A DNA stretch of 64,000 nt from Ferroacidibacillus organovorans (GCF_001642725.1 NZ_LSUQ01000010.1:1-64000), one strand, 5' to 3'. Positions 7,658 through 17,525 are shown, counted from the stretch's first letter. The notes: a model not told the origin generated them from the letters alone. Made by a program: numbers and translations.

Positions 7658-9052
7658 ATGCACTGGACCGAGCGCTACAATGCGTCGTCCCTTGAATTGG
7701 GCGAAGATGGTTGGCGCATGGGTGTCGCGCAAGATGTGCGACTGAATCGCAGTGTTTTTCTGGCAGTTCGCAAGGTTCATCGCGATGAACGTTCAATTAT
7801 CGAACAATGGCTTGCAACCCGCTCAGCCTTTTCTCACGAGTACGTCGCAGACGTATTAGACTGTGTATTTTCAGAAGATGAACTCGCGTGTGTCTTTCTG
7901 ATGCCGTCGACGTTTGCCAAAGCAGAATCGTTTACACCGAAAGAACGCCTTTTGACGCGTTGTCTAAGTGTCATTGAGGGGGCAGAGTCTCTCTGGCGGG
8001 CAGGCTTGCCAGTGACGATTCGCAATGCCCAAGTCCTTTGGGACCAACATGTCGGTCCACAAATGCTTGCGCTGCTACCTACGCATCTTCCAACACTAAA
8101 AGAGCGTGTTCGCTCGGTTCGCGTGTATTTGTCGCATCTGTTGCGACTGCACGGAGCCGCCTGTGGAATGACGGCGGAATCGATCGAAAGGTTTGAACAC
8201 TCTTCGATTCAGGAAGATGAGACGTTAAGCGATTTGAAAACTTCGCTTTTTGACTTGTTCCAGGTTGACCCGCTACAAACTCTACGTAGTGCGTTGAACC
8301 CATCGGAGGATACGCTCTCGCGCAATGCCGATATGCAATTTCAGGATACGATTGAAGTCCCCATCATTGTTCAACGCATGATGGAGGCTGATGCAGAGAA
8401 AAAAGCGCGTGAACATCGGGATCGCGCAATCGCAGCGCAGACGGAGTCAATGAATGAGTCAACGGTTGAGCGAACGCTGCCGTTTGCCGCAAAGAGAAAG
8501 CTATTGCGTGTCGGATTTATCGTCTTCGTTTTGGCAGTTCTTGTTTTGAGTACAGGGATTTGGATCTCGCAAAATCTCGGACAACAATCCGCTGTAAACC
8601 AAACGAGCACAGGGACAATTTCGCATGCTTTGAAACCCCAGTCACCGCATGCGCTTCACATGCCTGATCTTAAAAACGCGACACTGCATCAGGCGATGGC
8701 TCGATTGCAAGCGCTCGGCATCCCTGCATCGCATATCCATGTGCTCTCTCAAGCAGGACCTTCTCAACGCGTGGTGAACACGACTCCACAAGCGGGGCAG
8801 TCGCTCGTCAAAACGACGCCTGTCACACTTTATGTAGGGATCGCGCAAGGACAAATTCTTGTCCCATCGCTCCTTGGAATGAGTTATGCGCAAGCCGTTT
8901 CTGTGCTCTCGGCGCGCCACATTCACTATTCCTATACATTGCAAGGGCAGTCGAAGATCGCGTCGAGTGTCGTTCTCTCCCAGCATCCAATGCCGCACGG
9001 TGCAATGCAGTCGAGTGCGTCGCTCACGTTTACACTCGGCACAAAGCCATAA
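7658..9052 (+). CDS. membrane-anchored PASTA-domain protein with degenerate Ser/Thr kinase-like N-terminus
   Basis: N-terminus follows PrkC pattern (ERY..LGEDG..AQDVRLNRSV; HEYVADVLD) but lacks HRD/DFG; one TM; two PASTA-like repeats (MPDLKNAT.., VPSLLGMS..). Confidence 0.75.
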   Translation: MHWTERYNASSLELGEDGWRMGVAQDVRLNRSVFLAVRKVHRDERSIIEQWLATRSAFSHEYVADVLDCVFSEDELACVFLMPSTFAKAESFTPKERLLTRCLSVIEGAESLWRAGLPVTIRNAQVLWDQHVGPQMLALLPTHLPTLKERVRSVRVYLSHLLRLHGAACGMTAESIERFEHSSIQEDETLSDLKTSLFDLFQVDPLQTLRSALNPSEDTLSRNADMQFQDTIEVPIIVQRMMEADAEKKAREHRDRAIAAQTESMNESTVERTLPFAAKRKLLRVGFIVFVLAVLVLSTGIWISQNLGQQSAVNQTSTGTISHALKPQSPHALHMPDLKNATLHQAMARLQALGIPASHIHVLSQAGPSQRVVNTTPQAGQSLVKTTPVTLYVGIAQGQILVPSLLGMSYAQAVSVLSARHIHYSYTLQGQSKIASSVVLSQHPMPHGAMQSSASLTFTLGTKP

Positions 9053-9110
9053 ATTTGTCGATTGCGTAAAGACAAACCTATCGCGCATGACGTGATTCAG
9101 CAAATGAAAC

Positions 9111-9156
9111 GGCGTCAATCCTTCCGACGTGTTGCGGGATGATTGGCGCCTTTTTC
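9111..9156 (+). terminator. probable intrinsic terminator
   Basis: GGCGTCAATC...GATTGGCGCC stem followed by T-run. Confidence 0.6.
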
Positions 9157-9239
9157 AATTTATCGGGCGTTCACCTTCTGCGCGGAAGGTGATAGAGTAA
9201 GAGGAAGATGGTGCGTTCTATTCACGAGGAGGATATGAG

Positions 9240-10250
9240 TTGAGTCACGGCGTAGAGTTAGTACATGTAACGCGAGGAAAGTCTACGGAGTCAATCCACA
9301 TGGGGCATGTGGCGATTGTTTCAGCGGACGGTCGACTGCTTTGTGGGTGGGGGGATCCGCACGTTAACGTATTTGCGCGATCTTCAATGAAACCGTTTCA
9401 AGCGCTTGGTCTCGTCATGTCAGGCGCGCTTGAAAAGTATGGATTTACGGAGCAAGAGTTAGCGCTCGCTTGCGCGTCACACAGTGGAGAAGAGCGACAT
9501 GTCGCATTGGCGTGGTCGATGCTGCAAAAATCGGGGACGAGTGAAGAAGAACTACAGTGTGGGGCGCATCTCCCTTATGATGAACACGCGTCGCGCGAGC
9601 TGTTGAGATTAGGAATCGCCACGCGTCAGCTTCACAACAATTGCTCGGGCAAGCACGCAGGAATGATTGCGGCAGCCAAAGCACGCGCAGAGTCTACCGA
9701 CGATTATCTGGATAAAAACCATCCATTACAACGCTTTATTTTGAATGCGATTGCTGAAATTGGCGAGGTGGACATTCAGCGGATCGAAGTAGAAACAGAT
9801 GGGTGTGGAGCGCCTGTGTTTGGTGTACCTCTAAAAACGCTTGCGCTGCTCTTCGCGCGCCTTGCCAATCCGGAATTTGCCCCTCAGATTTATCGTGATC
9901 CGCTCGCGAAAATTGCCCAGGCGATGAATCACTACCCAGAAATGGTCGGAGGAACAGCGCGCTTTGATACGGCACTTATGAACGCCTTTAAAGAGCGGAT
10001 TGTCGGCAAAGAAGGTGCTGAAGGGGTGCACGGTTTAGGCGTCATGAAAGAGGGGTTAGGCATTGCAGTAAAGATTGCAGACGGTTCCAAACGGGCGATC
10101 TACCCAACCGTGCTGCGGGCGCTTGAGCTTCAGGGGATTCAGGCGACAGATCGCGATGCATTAGCGTCGTTTGCAAAAGGAACAGTGAAAAATGTCGCAC
10201 AGCGGACAGTCGGTGAAATTTACGCGGTCTACGGGGAGGACTCGAATTGA
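9240..10250 (+). CDS. asparaginase, Rhizobium etli AnsA type (Asparaginase_II family)
   Basis: RSSMKPFQ, CASHSGE, NNCSGKH, DGCG, KEGAEG, KIADG motifs. Confidence 0.9.
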   Translation: MSHGVELVHVTRGKSTESIHMGHVAIVSADGRLLCGWGDPHVNVFARSSMKPFQALGLVMSGALEKYGFTEQELALACASHSGEERHVALAWSMLQKSGTSEEELQCGAHLPYDEHASRELLRLGIATRQLHNNCSGKHAGMIAAAKARAESTDDYLDKNHPLQRFILNAIAEIGEVDIQRIEVETDGCGAPVFGVPLKTLALLFARLANPEFAPQIYRDPLAKIAQAMNHYPEMVGGTARFDTALMNAFKERIVGKEGAEGVHGLGVMKEGLGIAVKIADGSKRAIYPTVLRALELQGIQATDRDALASFAKGTVKNVAQRTVGEIYAVYGEDSN

Positions 10251-11422
10251 AACATGTCTATGTGTTAGGTGGGGCGAGAACGCCTTTTGGCTCGTTTGGT
10301 GGCGCGCTAAAAGATGTTTCTGCAGAAGAGCTCGCGGTAGTCGCTTCCGTTGAGGCGATGAGGCGAAGCGGTATTGAACCGTCTCACATCGACCAAGTTG
10401 TTCTTGGGAACGTCGTTCAATCATCCGCTAATGCAGCGTACATGTCGCGGCATGTTGCGCTTCGCTCAGGGATTCCGCAAACTTCGACTGCGCTCACGCT
10501 CAATCGGCTTTGTGGATCAGGTCTGCAGGCTGTCGTGAGTGCCGTCGAGTCGTTGATGCTTGATCACGGAGAAATGGCGCTCGTCGGGGGAACGGAGAGT
10601 ATGAGTCAGATCCCCTACGCGATGCATGGTGCGCGGTTTGGCGCTGGTATCGGAAAGCCAGAACTGACAGATATGCTGTGGGCTACGCTGAAAGATGAAT
10701 ACGTAGGATGCGGAATGGGAGAGACGGCGGAGAATCTTGCGGTTGACTATGAAATTACGAGAGAAGCGCAGGATGCGTTTGCCCTACGCTCGCACGCGCG
10801 CGCTGCCGCATCTCGTCACATGTTTGCAAAGGAGATTATCCCGGTGAGTGTCAAGGGGCGGAAGGGGATGACGCTCGTCACACAGGATGAGCATATTCGT
10901 GAAGAGACCTCCCTTGAGAGACTTAGTGCATTAAAACCTGCATTTCGCACGAATGGATCGGTGACTGCCGGAAATTCAAGCGGAATAAACGACGGCGCGG
11001 CCATGCTCGTACTCGCAGGAGAAGAGGGGGTTGCGCGGGAAAAAGTGCAACCGCTCGCCCGCATCATCAGTTTTGGCATCGCTGGTGTCGATCCATCGCG
11101 CATGGGAATTGGTCCCGTCCCCGCGTTGACGCAGGCGCTCCATCGGGCGAACCTTGATTTGAGCGAGATGGATTTGATCGAGGTCAATGAGGCGTTTGCA
11201 TCGCAAGTACTCGCGGTGCAAAAGACATTGGGTATTCGCGATGATCAGTTGAATCCGCTAGGCGGTGCAATCGCTCTTGGCCATCCGGTCGGGGCGAGTG
11301 GTGCTCGCCTACTTCTCTCAGCCATCCTTCAGCTTCATGAGAGACAAGGGCGCTTTGCAGCTGTATCTTTATGCATCGGAGGCGGACAGGGAATCGCGAT
11401 GATTGTCGAACGCGTGTCCTGA
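10247..11422 (+). CDS. thiolase (acetyl-CoA C-acyltransferase)
   Basis: NRLCGSG, NEAFA, GHPVGASG, CIGGGQG motifs. Confidence 0.95.
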   Translation: MKHVYVLGGARTPFGSFGGALKDVSAEELAVVASVEAMRRSGIEPSHIDQVVLGNVVQSSANAAYMSRHVALRSGIPQTSTALTLNRLCGSGLQAVVSAVESLMLDHGEMALVGGTESMSQIPYAMHGARFGAGIGKPELTDMLWATLKDEYVGCGMGETAENLAVDYEITREAQDAFALRSHARAAASRHMFAKEIIPVSVKGRKGMTLVTQDEHIREETSLERLSALKPAFRTNGSVTAGNSSGINDGAAMLVLAGEEGVAREKVQPLARIISFGIAGVDPSRMGIGPVPALTQALHRANLDLSEMDLIEVNEAFASQVLAVQKTLGIRDDQLNPLGGAIALGHPVGASGARLLLSAILQLHERQGRFAAVSLCIGGGQGIAMIVERVS

Positions 11423-11486
11423 TCCACAGTTTTCCCAAAAATATGATGGAAATCTCTCTTTTTCTTGCAAAAGATGTCGTTTTTCG

Positions 11487-11516
11487 TTGACAGAGTTTAC
11501 GGCTCCTCTCCATAAT
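11487..11516 (+). promoter_or_regulatory. sigma-A-type promoter for envelope cluster
   Basis: TTGACA-N18-CATAAT. Confidence 0.65.
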
Positions 11517-11537
11517 AACGTTGGAGGGGAGCCTCAT

Positions 11538-13811
11538 TTGTCTCGATATCGTTTGAACGTTCTATTACCTTGGGCTGTAACGATCACGCTCAGCACGTCG
11601 ATGAGTGCACACGCCATGTCGATGGGCACAACGCATTCTTCTGGATCTGAATACGCGCAAACTGCAACGCGCGCTGTACGCACGATGACCCTTCCTGGCC
11701 GATACCGCGTCGTTGTCGACACTGGCCACGGCTTGCGCACGGTTCTCACGACGAATGTGTTGTCGGCAGCCATGAAGCAGGAAATGCATCTTCGCGACAG
11801 CACCGTGTTCGATTTGTCGACAGGTCGTATTGTTCAGTCGAACGTTGTGAATCCATACCGCATTCAATCGTCTGCCACATTCGCTTCGGCAAATTCACTG
11901 CCGTCACCATCGACTTTTAAAACCCTGGATCAAGCGATTGCCGCGGCGACATCACTGCAGGAAGTCTATGTCATCAATCGCGAAACAGGTTCCATCGTCT
12001 ATAGCAAGATGGATAATTACGAGGTGTCCTTAGGGACAGGCCTTGCTCCTTATCAGTCGCTTCAGGATGCGCTTGCAGCCGTACGCCGCGCGCCTCAAGG
12101 TTCGGTCTATTCGACCATCACGCACCAGGCGCTTTTTACCGCGCGCTACGATGTCTATGTCAACAACCAGTTTGTCGACGCGTACCAAACACTGCAACAC
12201 GCGATCCAGTCTACCTCCGCGACGCCAAACAGTGAGATCAAGTCCGTTTCGACGAATCAAGATGTGTGGGATAATATTCTGCGCTATAACGTCTATCAAA
12301 ACGGTGTGCTTGTCAAACAGTTTTCGACAGAACAAGAAGCGCTCGCGTATGTAAAAGGGTTAACGGATGTGAGTGTTTCATCGATCGCGACAGGTACCGT
12401 TGTGTTTTCAAACGTTCCGGCTTATGCGGTTGAGGTGGGTTCGAGCACGGTCGGTTCGTATACCACAGAATCCGCTGCGATCGCAGACGCGAAAACGTTG
12501 CCAAATTCCGTGGTCATTCAACTCTCTACGAATCAAATCGTCTGGTCAAACGCTGGGGCGTTTGGGGTCTACCGCTATCTCCAATTGGTTCGCTCATTCC
12601 AATCCGAACAGACCGCGATCGCCTATGCAAAAACACTCGATCACGTACAGGTTATCGAAACGGCGACGCACCAAGTTGACTATTCAAATTACCCGACCAG
12701 CGTGTCATCACCCTATGGTGATACGTTCACGAATGTGAACGGCATGGTTGTTGATCACTGGGGGCCAGAGATTACGACGCTCGCGCCGGCGCCTGCGTTC
12801 ATGCAGTCAGGTGTCACGTATGTCTCCAATGATTACGATCACTGGTATGCAAAAACGGCAAGCGGTGTGACGTATGTAGGACAGTGGCAAAACCCTTACC
12901 AAACGATGAATTTGGAAACGTCTTCGACCCTCACGGCACAAGAGATTAACGCCTTTTTTGCCGCGCACGCGGCATCGAACAGCGTCTTGCAAAATTCCGG
13001 CGCCTACTTTATTGAGGCGGAACAAGCGTATGGTGTAAACGCGCAATATCTTGTAGCGCATGCTATTATTGAGTCTGCATGGGGTACGTCCTATTTTGCC
13101 CGTGCGCGAAACAATCTGTTTGGCTATGAGGCGTACACCTCCAATCCAAACGCGGCGGCAACGTTCCGCTCTGTGGAGTACGATATCAATTTTCAAGCGT
13201 GGTTTGTTCGCAATCTCTATTTAAATCCTGCCGGTTCGTTTTTTAACGGTCCTAATTTGAATGGGATGAATGTCGATTATGCGACCGATCCATATTGGGC
13301 AAACAGCATCGCGCGCGTGATGTCAATGATTGCTTCGTATTCGCAAACGACTGGATCGCAGCCTCTGATGCCCGTGCAGAGCACGCGCCCGTTTTTTGCC
13401 TATCCGAATGGTGCGCGCGGCTATACAAGTGTCATTATGAACGTTTATCAGGCGCCAAACGACACTGGAATGGTGCAGCCTTTGCTTGGGGTCATACCCA
13501 AAGGTTCTTACTTTAATGTCTATGGCGACTCACCTGGATGGGACAAGGTGGCCTTGCCTAGTGGACAAACAGGGTTTGTCGATTGGAATCAAGTCAGCCT
13601 GCAAAACGTCGTGGAGGTAAATGGTCTCAGTGAAGGTGGAGTTCTCGATGTGCACCAGTCGAACTCACTTTCATCTCCCGTGATTGACACGGTGACAAAT
13701 GGCCAATATCTTGTCTTATTGGCGCCGAGTGCTGGAGGTTTTTCAGAGATTATCGATGGCCAGGAGAAAAAAGGGTATGTCAACTCCCAGTACATCGTTA
13801 CGATTCATTGA
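11538..13811 (+). CDS. secreted glucosaminidase (GH73-like peptidoglycan hydrolase) with ~7 N-terminal ~45-aa repeats and C-terminal SH3-like domains
   Basis: TTG start after GGAGGGG; signal peptide ending AHA; AHAIIESAWG, NNLFG, YATDPYW motifs; GWDKV..GQTGFV SH3b-like tail. Confidence 0.85.
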   Translation: MSRYRLNVLLPWAVTITLSTSMSAHAMSMGTTHSSGSEYAQTATRAVRTMTLPGRYRVVVDTGHGLRTVLTTNVLSAAMKQEMHLRDSTVFDLSTGRIVQSNVVNPYRIQSSATFASANSLPSPSTFKTLDQAIAAATSLQEVYVINRETGSIVYSKMDNYEVSLGTGLAPYQSLQDALAAVRRAPQGSVYSTITHQALFTARYDVYVNNQFVDAYQTLQHAIQSTSATPNSEIKSVSTNQDVWDNILRYNVYQNGVLVKQFSTEQEALAYVKGLTDVSVSSIATGTVVFSNVPAYAVEVGSSTVGSYTTESAAIADAKTLPNSVVIQLSTNQIVWSNAGAFGVYRYLQLVRSFQSEQTAIAYAKTLDHVQVIETATHQVDYSNYPTSVSSPYGDTFTNVNGMVVDHWGPEITTLAPAPAFMQSGVTYVSNDYDHWYAKTASGVTYVGQWQNPYQTMNLETSSTLTAQEINAFFAAHAASNSVLQNSGAYFIEAEQAYGVNAQYLVAHAIIESAWGTSYFARARNNLFGYEAYTSNPNAAATFRSVEYDINFQAWFVRNLYLNPAGSFFNGPNLNGMNVDYATDPYWANSIARVMSMIASYSQTTGSQPLMPVQSTRPFFAYPNGARGYTSVIMNVYQAPNDTGMVQPLLGVIPKGSYFNVYGDSPGWDKVALPSGQTGFVDWNQVSLQNVVEVNGLSEGGVLDVHQSNSLSSPVIDTVTNGQYLVLLAPSAGGFSEIIDGQEKKGYVNSQYIVTIH

Positions 13812-13853
13812 TGGTGCACGGTTTGTTTTGCAGATTTTGTGTGGGGTGAGAAG

Positions 13854-15080
13854 ATGGATTTAAGCGCGCTGCGGGAACCTAGGCGCTGGATGATATATAT
13901 GCTCGGATCTTTCCCGCTTGTCGATTACTTTTTGCATATTTACCCTTGGGGCATTATTGGGGGTAGCTGGGACAAGATTGTGCTTTTGTTTCTCGCGTTT
14001 TACGCATTGCGAAAATACATGGCAGAAGGCAAGCCTTCGCTTTACCCCACGCATCGCTATCTCGTGTTCATGGTTGTACTCGGGCTCGTTTACGTCTTGA
14101 TGGACGTCGACTACATCGTCGTCGCACTCGCGGGATACCGTGTTGACTTCTGGTACATGCTGTACGCTCTTTTACTGCCGTTTGTGGTGGAAAAAGAGGA
14201 TGTGATTCCGCTCTTGCGAACGATCGCTTTCACAGGGTTTCTCATGTCACTGCATGGCGTCTATCAATACATCATCAGGGCGCCGATTCCTCCTCAGTGG
14301 GTGGATATCACACAACATGTGAGAACGCGCGTGTATTCACTTTTTGGCAGCCCCAACATTTTTGGTGACTACGCAGCGTTTGTCACGCCGATCTCAGCCG
14401 CGATTGCGTTGTATGAAAAAGAACGCGCGCAAAGGCTCTTTTATGGATTCGGGGCATTGCTATCGGCTGCTACGCTGGTTTTCACAGACACGCGCGCAGC
14501 TTGGCTATCCTTTTTCATCGGAGCTTTAGTTTTCACGTGGCTACTCGATCGTAGGATGGCGATTATTACCTTCGCGGTCGCAGTTCTCGCGGCACTTTTT
14601 GTCCCACCGATTCACGCGCGACTCGGCGAATTTTTCACACCTGTCTATTGGTCAAAAACGTTTGCCAACGGGCGAATCTCGGAAGCTGAACGAGCGTTTG
14701 ATCAAATGCGCGCCAATCCGCTTTTTGGCGCCGGGTTGGGACGCTACGGAGGCGCGATTGCGTCGCGCTACTTTGGCGTGATTTACGTGGATAATTATTA
14801 CGCGAAAACGCTCGCGGAGATTGGTCTGCTTGGATTATTCACCTTTGTTGCGCTTATTTTTGTGTATCTCCGCGATGTGTTTCGCGTGGTGAAACGCACT
14901 GTCAATCGACGGAAGCGAATTCTGTTTATCGGCGCCTATGTTGGGATTGTGATTGTCGCGATCAACAATCTTTTTGAGAACGTATTTGAGGTCCCCGACA
15001 TGAATGCGCTGTTCTGGTTGACGGGCTCCCTGCTTTTGATCTATGCGGCAAAAGGGGGGCTACAGGATGAAGAATCGTAA
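13854..15080 (+). CDS. O-antigen ligase/Wzy_C family membrane protein
   Basis: polytopic TM; RVYSLFGSPN, TDTRAAW, PLFGAGLG, DNYY..LAEIGLLG motifs. Confidence 0.85.
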   Translation: MDLSALREPRRWMIYMLGSFPLVDYFLHIYPWGIIGGSWDKIVLLFLAFYALRKYMAEGKPSLYPTHRYLVFMVVLGLVYVLMDVDYIVVALAGYRVDFWYMLYALLLPFVVEKEDVIPLLRTIAFTGFLMSLHGVYQYIIRAPIPPQWVDITQHVRTRVYSLFGSPNIFGDYAAFVTPISAAIALYEKERAQRLFYGFGALLSAATLVFTDTRAAWLSFFIGALVFTWLLDRRMAIITFAVAVLAALFVPPIHARLGEFFTPVYWSKTFANGRISEAERAFDQMRANPLFGAGLGRYGGAIASRYFGVIYVDNYYAKTLAEIGLLGLFTFVALIFVYLRDVFRVVKRTVNRRKRILFIGAYVGIVIVAINNLFENVFEVPDMNALFWLTGSLLLIYAAKGGLQDEES

Positions 15081-16710
15081 GATCCGGCGCATCGGCATCG
15101 GCCTTGGGATCGTGCTATACAGCATTTGGGCCACCCTCTTTTATCAATTGACGTTTACAGGATGGACGCTTGAGTATTCATACTATGGCGTTGCAATGGT
15201 GGTCGGACTCTCGCTGCTATTTATGTACGCATTCCCAAAGCGAGATCGCCGCGTCGTGGTTCGCTTCACGCTTTATGCGGTAATCCTTAGCTTGGGTATC
15301 GCAAACTTCGCCCCCGCCGCCGGGATGTGGCGCATTATCGATACGATCGTTTTTATAATCCTGGCGATTGGGTTGGGACGCTGGCTCGTTCCTGTGCGGA
15401 TGGGCTGGCAGTTGTTGACGCTCGTATCGCTGCTTTTGTTTGAGATGTGGATTCCGCTCAGTGACGTCAATCTGCTGACAGCGTTTAACGTGAACTATGT
15501 GGGACATCTATCGAGTCAGGATGCACAGGTACCGAGCATCCCAGTGACCGTGATTCCAAATTCCCGGGGTTTGCAGACCATGATTACGATACGGGGTCAT
15601 CGTCCCGTCCCGCACGAGGCGCAGACGCTGATTGACGCGATGGCGACGAGTGGCAATCCGACACTGACCAAAGACGCGATCATTCAACTGCAACATTCGT
15701 ATGATTTGATCTCCATTAAACCCGGGAAGGTTTTCTTTCACACTAGCCTTGCAACGCCACAACAACTGGCGAGAACCAGTGTCGATTCTTTGGCGATGAT
15801 TGACTTTCCCTTCTCGCAACCACATTTTCTTTCTGTGGAAGGCAATGTTCGAATGTATGTCACGCTTGCAAAGGATCCAGGCTACTATACGTCAATGCTT
15901 TTGAATCCTGGAACGTTGTCGACTGCAGTGGGGCAAATGGCGCTGCAAACAGCGGCCACAACGCAAGAAGAGTGGAAAGCGATAGGTGGCAATACGCAAA
16001 ATAGCGTGCAAGGTTTGTCACTTCAGAATGGCTACCTGAGCGGGTCTTATCAGGGGCATCCGATTCATGTTAAGACGGTTGGCGTTACGATTCTTGGAAT
16101 TAAACCGCTCTTGCCAAGCCATATCTCTACGGAACCGCAAGCGGTGGTAGAGGGTGACAATGTCATTCAAGTGATTTCCCTTGGGGCAAGACCGCACGTG
16201 ATTGCTACGTTAAACGGATCGTATCTGCATCCACTGACGACTGACCTTGTGTTTGCAGACGTCACAGGTAATGGATCAGACGCAATGCTGATCAATACAG
16301 TACCTGCGCAAATTGTTCAATTGACGCCGAGTGGCACTTGGAAAACTCTGTGGGTAAGCGGACGCAGCACATTTCGTTTTGAAGCGGTCTTACCGCGTGC
16401 AGGGGGTGACCTAATCATCGCGAATTCGCCGAGTTTGATCAGTCAAAATCCCATTCGCTATCTCGGCGGCTATGTCTATCAAAATGGAACGCTGAATACG
16501 GTGTTTCGCTCATACCACGGCAATCTTGTCGATCTGCATGTCGTGCATATCTTGAACGGTTCGCCACAGATCTTGACGTCCGTTTATGCGCATCAAGAGA
16601 TCATTTTGTTGTCTCAGTCTAAGATTCCGTGGTACCCGGTCGTACTCGTGGTTTATGGCTTCGTCGTTCTCGCTGGTTTGGTGCGGCGTACGCGGGGGGT
16701 GAAGGCGTGA
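15067..16710 (+). CDS. hypothetical membrane protein: N-terminal multi-TM region, large beta-rich extracellular domain, C-terminal TM
   Basis: long ORF overlapping both neighbours; hydrophobic N-terminal ~140 aa; FG-GAP-like FADVTGNGSD; basic C-terminus after TM. Confidence 0.75.
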   Translation: MKNRKIRRIGIGLGIVLYSIWATLFYQLTFTGWTLEYSYYGVAMVVGLSLLFMYAFPKRDRRVVVRFTLYAVILSLGIANFAPAAGMWRIIDTIVFIILAIGLGRWLVPVRMGWQLLTLVSLLLFEMWIPLSDVNLLTAFNVNYVGHLSSQDAQVPSIPVTVIPNSRGLQTMITIRGHRPVPHEAQTLIDAMATSGNPTLTKDAIIQLQHSYDLISIKPGKVFFHTSLATPQQLARTSVDSLAMIDFPFSQPHFLSVEGNVRMYVTLAKDPGYYTSMLLNPGTLSTAVGQMALQTAATTQEEWKAIGGNTQNSVQGLSLQNGYLSGSYQGHPIHVKTVGVTILGIKPLLPSHISTEPQAVVEGDNVIQVISLGARPHVIATLNGSYLHPLTTDLVFADVTGNGSDAMLINTVPAQIVQLTPSGTWKTLWVSGRSTFRFEAVLPRAGGDLIIANSPSLISQNPIRYLGGYVYQNGTLNTVFRSYHGNLVDLHVVHILNGSPQILTSVYAHQEIILLSQSKIPWYPVVLVVYGFVVLAGLVRRTRGVKA

Positions 16711-17444
16711 AGCGATCCTTATCGATCGGTTTAGTCAGTCTTTTTGCAATGGCGCTTATCAGTGGATGCGGACTGACGTCAACGCCGACGGCACTGACTA
16801 GTCAAATCGTCGCCCGAACGGTTGACCCGAATGGATTATCCCAAGTAGAATCAGCGTTACTCGGTGTTTCAAACGATCACTCATATCAAGTCAAGGCGGG
16901 AATGACAGTCGCGGCAGGTCACTATCTGAGGCGAATCAGCTACTACGGTTATGTCTCCTTGCCTGGATTTGTGAGCATGGATGAGACGATTGGCGGCGTT
17001 GACTATCAGATCTACCAAATGAACAACTTCGCGTATGCGAAGACGGGTGGAAAATGGTCACCAATTCAGCCGATTACCGATTTGACGCCGTGGACTTCTA
17101 TGCTCGCACTGTTGCATTCGCATCCACCACGCGTTGTTTATACATTGCCACAGCAAACGCTCGTCTCGTGGCCGTGTTATGTGTACCAATTCCGGGCGAA
17201 TGATTTAAACACTTCATTGACTAAGCTTGGCGCAAAAGGGAAGCTCATTGCGCACCAGGCGCTGTATACGGTCTATGTCGATGTGAAGGATGGTAAACTT
17301 CGACAAATTCAGGTGCAGTCTACGGTTGGTGTACCTGGATTGGGAACTGCGTCACTCGAAAGCACTGAGCTGCTGTTCAACTACAACAAGATTGTGCCGA
17401 TGTCCGCTCCGAGTGATTTGATGACACAGATCGAGCTACCATAA
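16707..17444 (+). CDS. lipoprotein of unknown function (possibly LolA/LppX-like beta fold)
   Basis: GTG start overlapping upstream TGA; KR + hydrophobic core + ISG|C lipobox; beta-strand-rich, YVDVKDGKLRQI motif. Confidence 0.7.
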   Translation: MKRSLSIGLVSLFAMALISGCGLTSTPTALTSQIVARTVDPNGLSQVESALLGVSNDHSYQVKAGMTVAAGHYLRRISYYGYVSLPGFVSMDETIGGVDYQIYQMNNFAYAKTGGKWSPIQPITDLTPWTSMLALLHSHPPRVVYTLPQQTLVSWPCYVYQFRANDLNTSLTKLGAKGKLIAHQALYTVYVDVKDGKLRQIQVQSTVGVPGLGTASLESTELLFNYNKIVPMSAPSDLMTQIELP

Positions 17445-17525
17445 GAACGATATCGGATACGCGATTCGGTTTTTCAGATTGCTTTTCTTTTATGGACCAT
17501 CTGTGGTATACTACCAGACGGTATC

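Noticed and set aside
11403..11537. N-terminal extension of the glucosaminidase in the ORF track
   Set aside because: Spans the promoter; TTG 11538 with RBS and signal peptide is the better start
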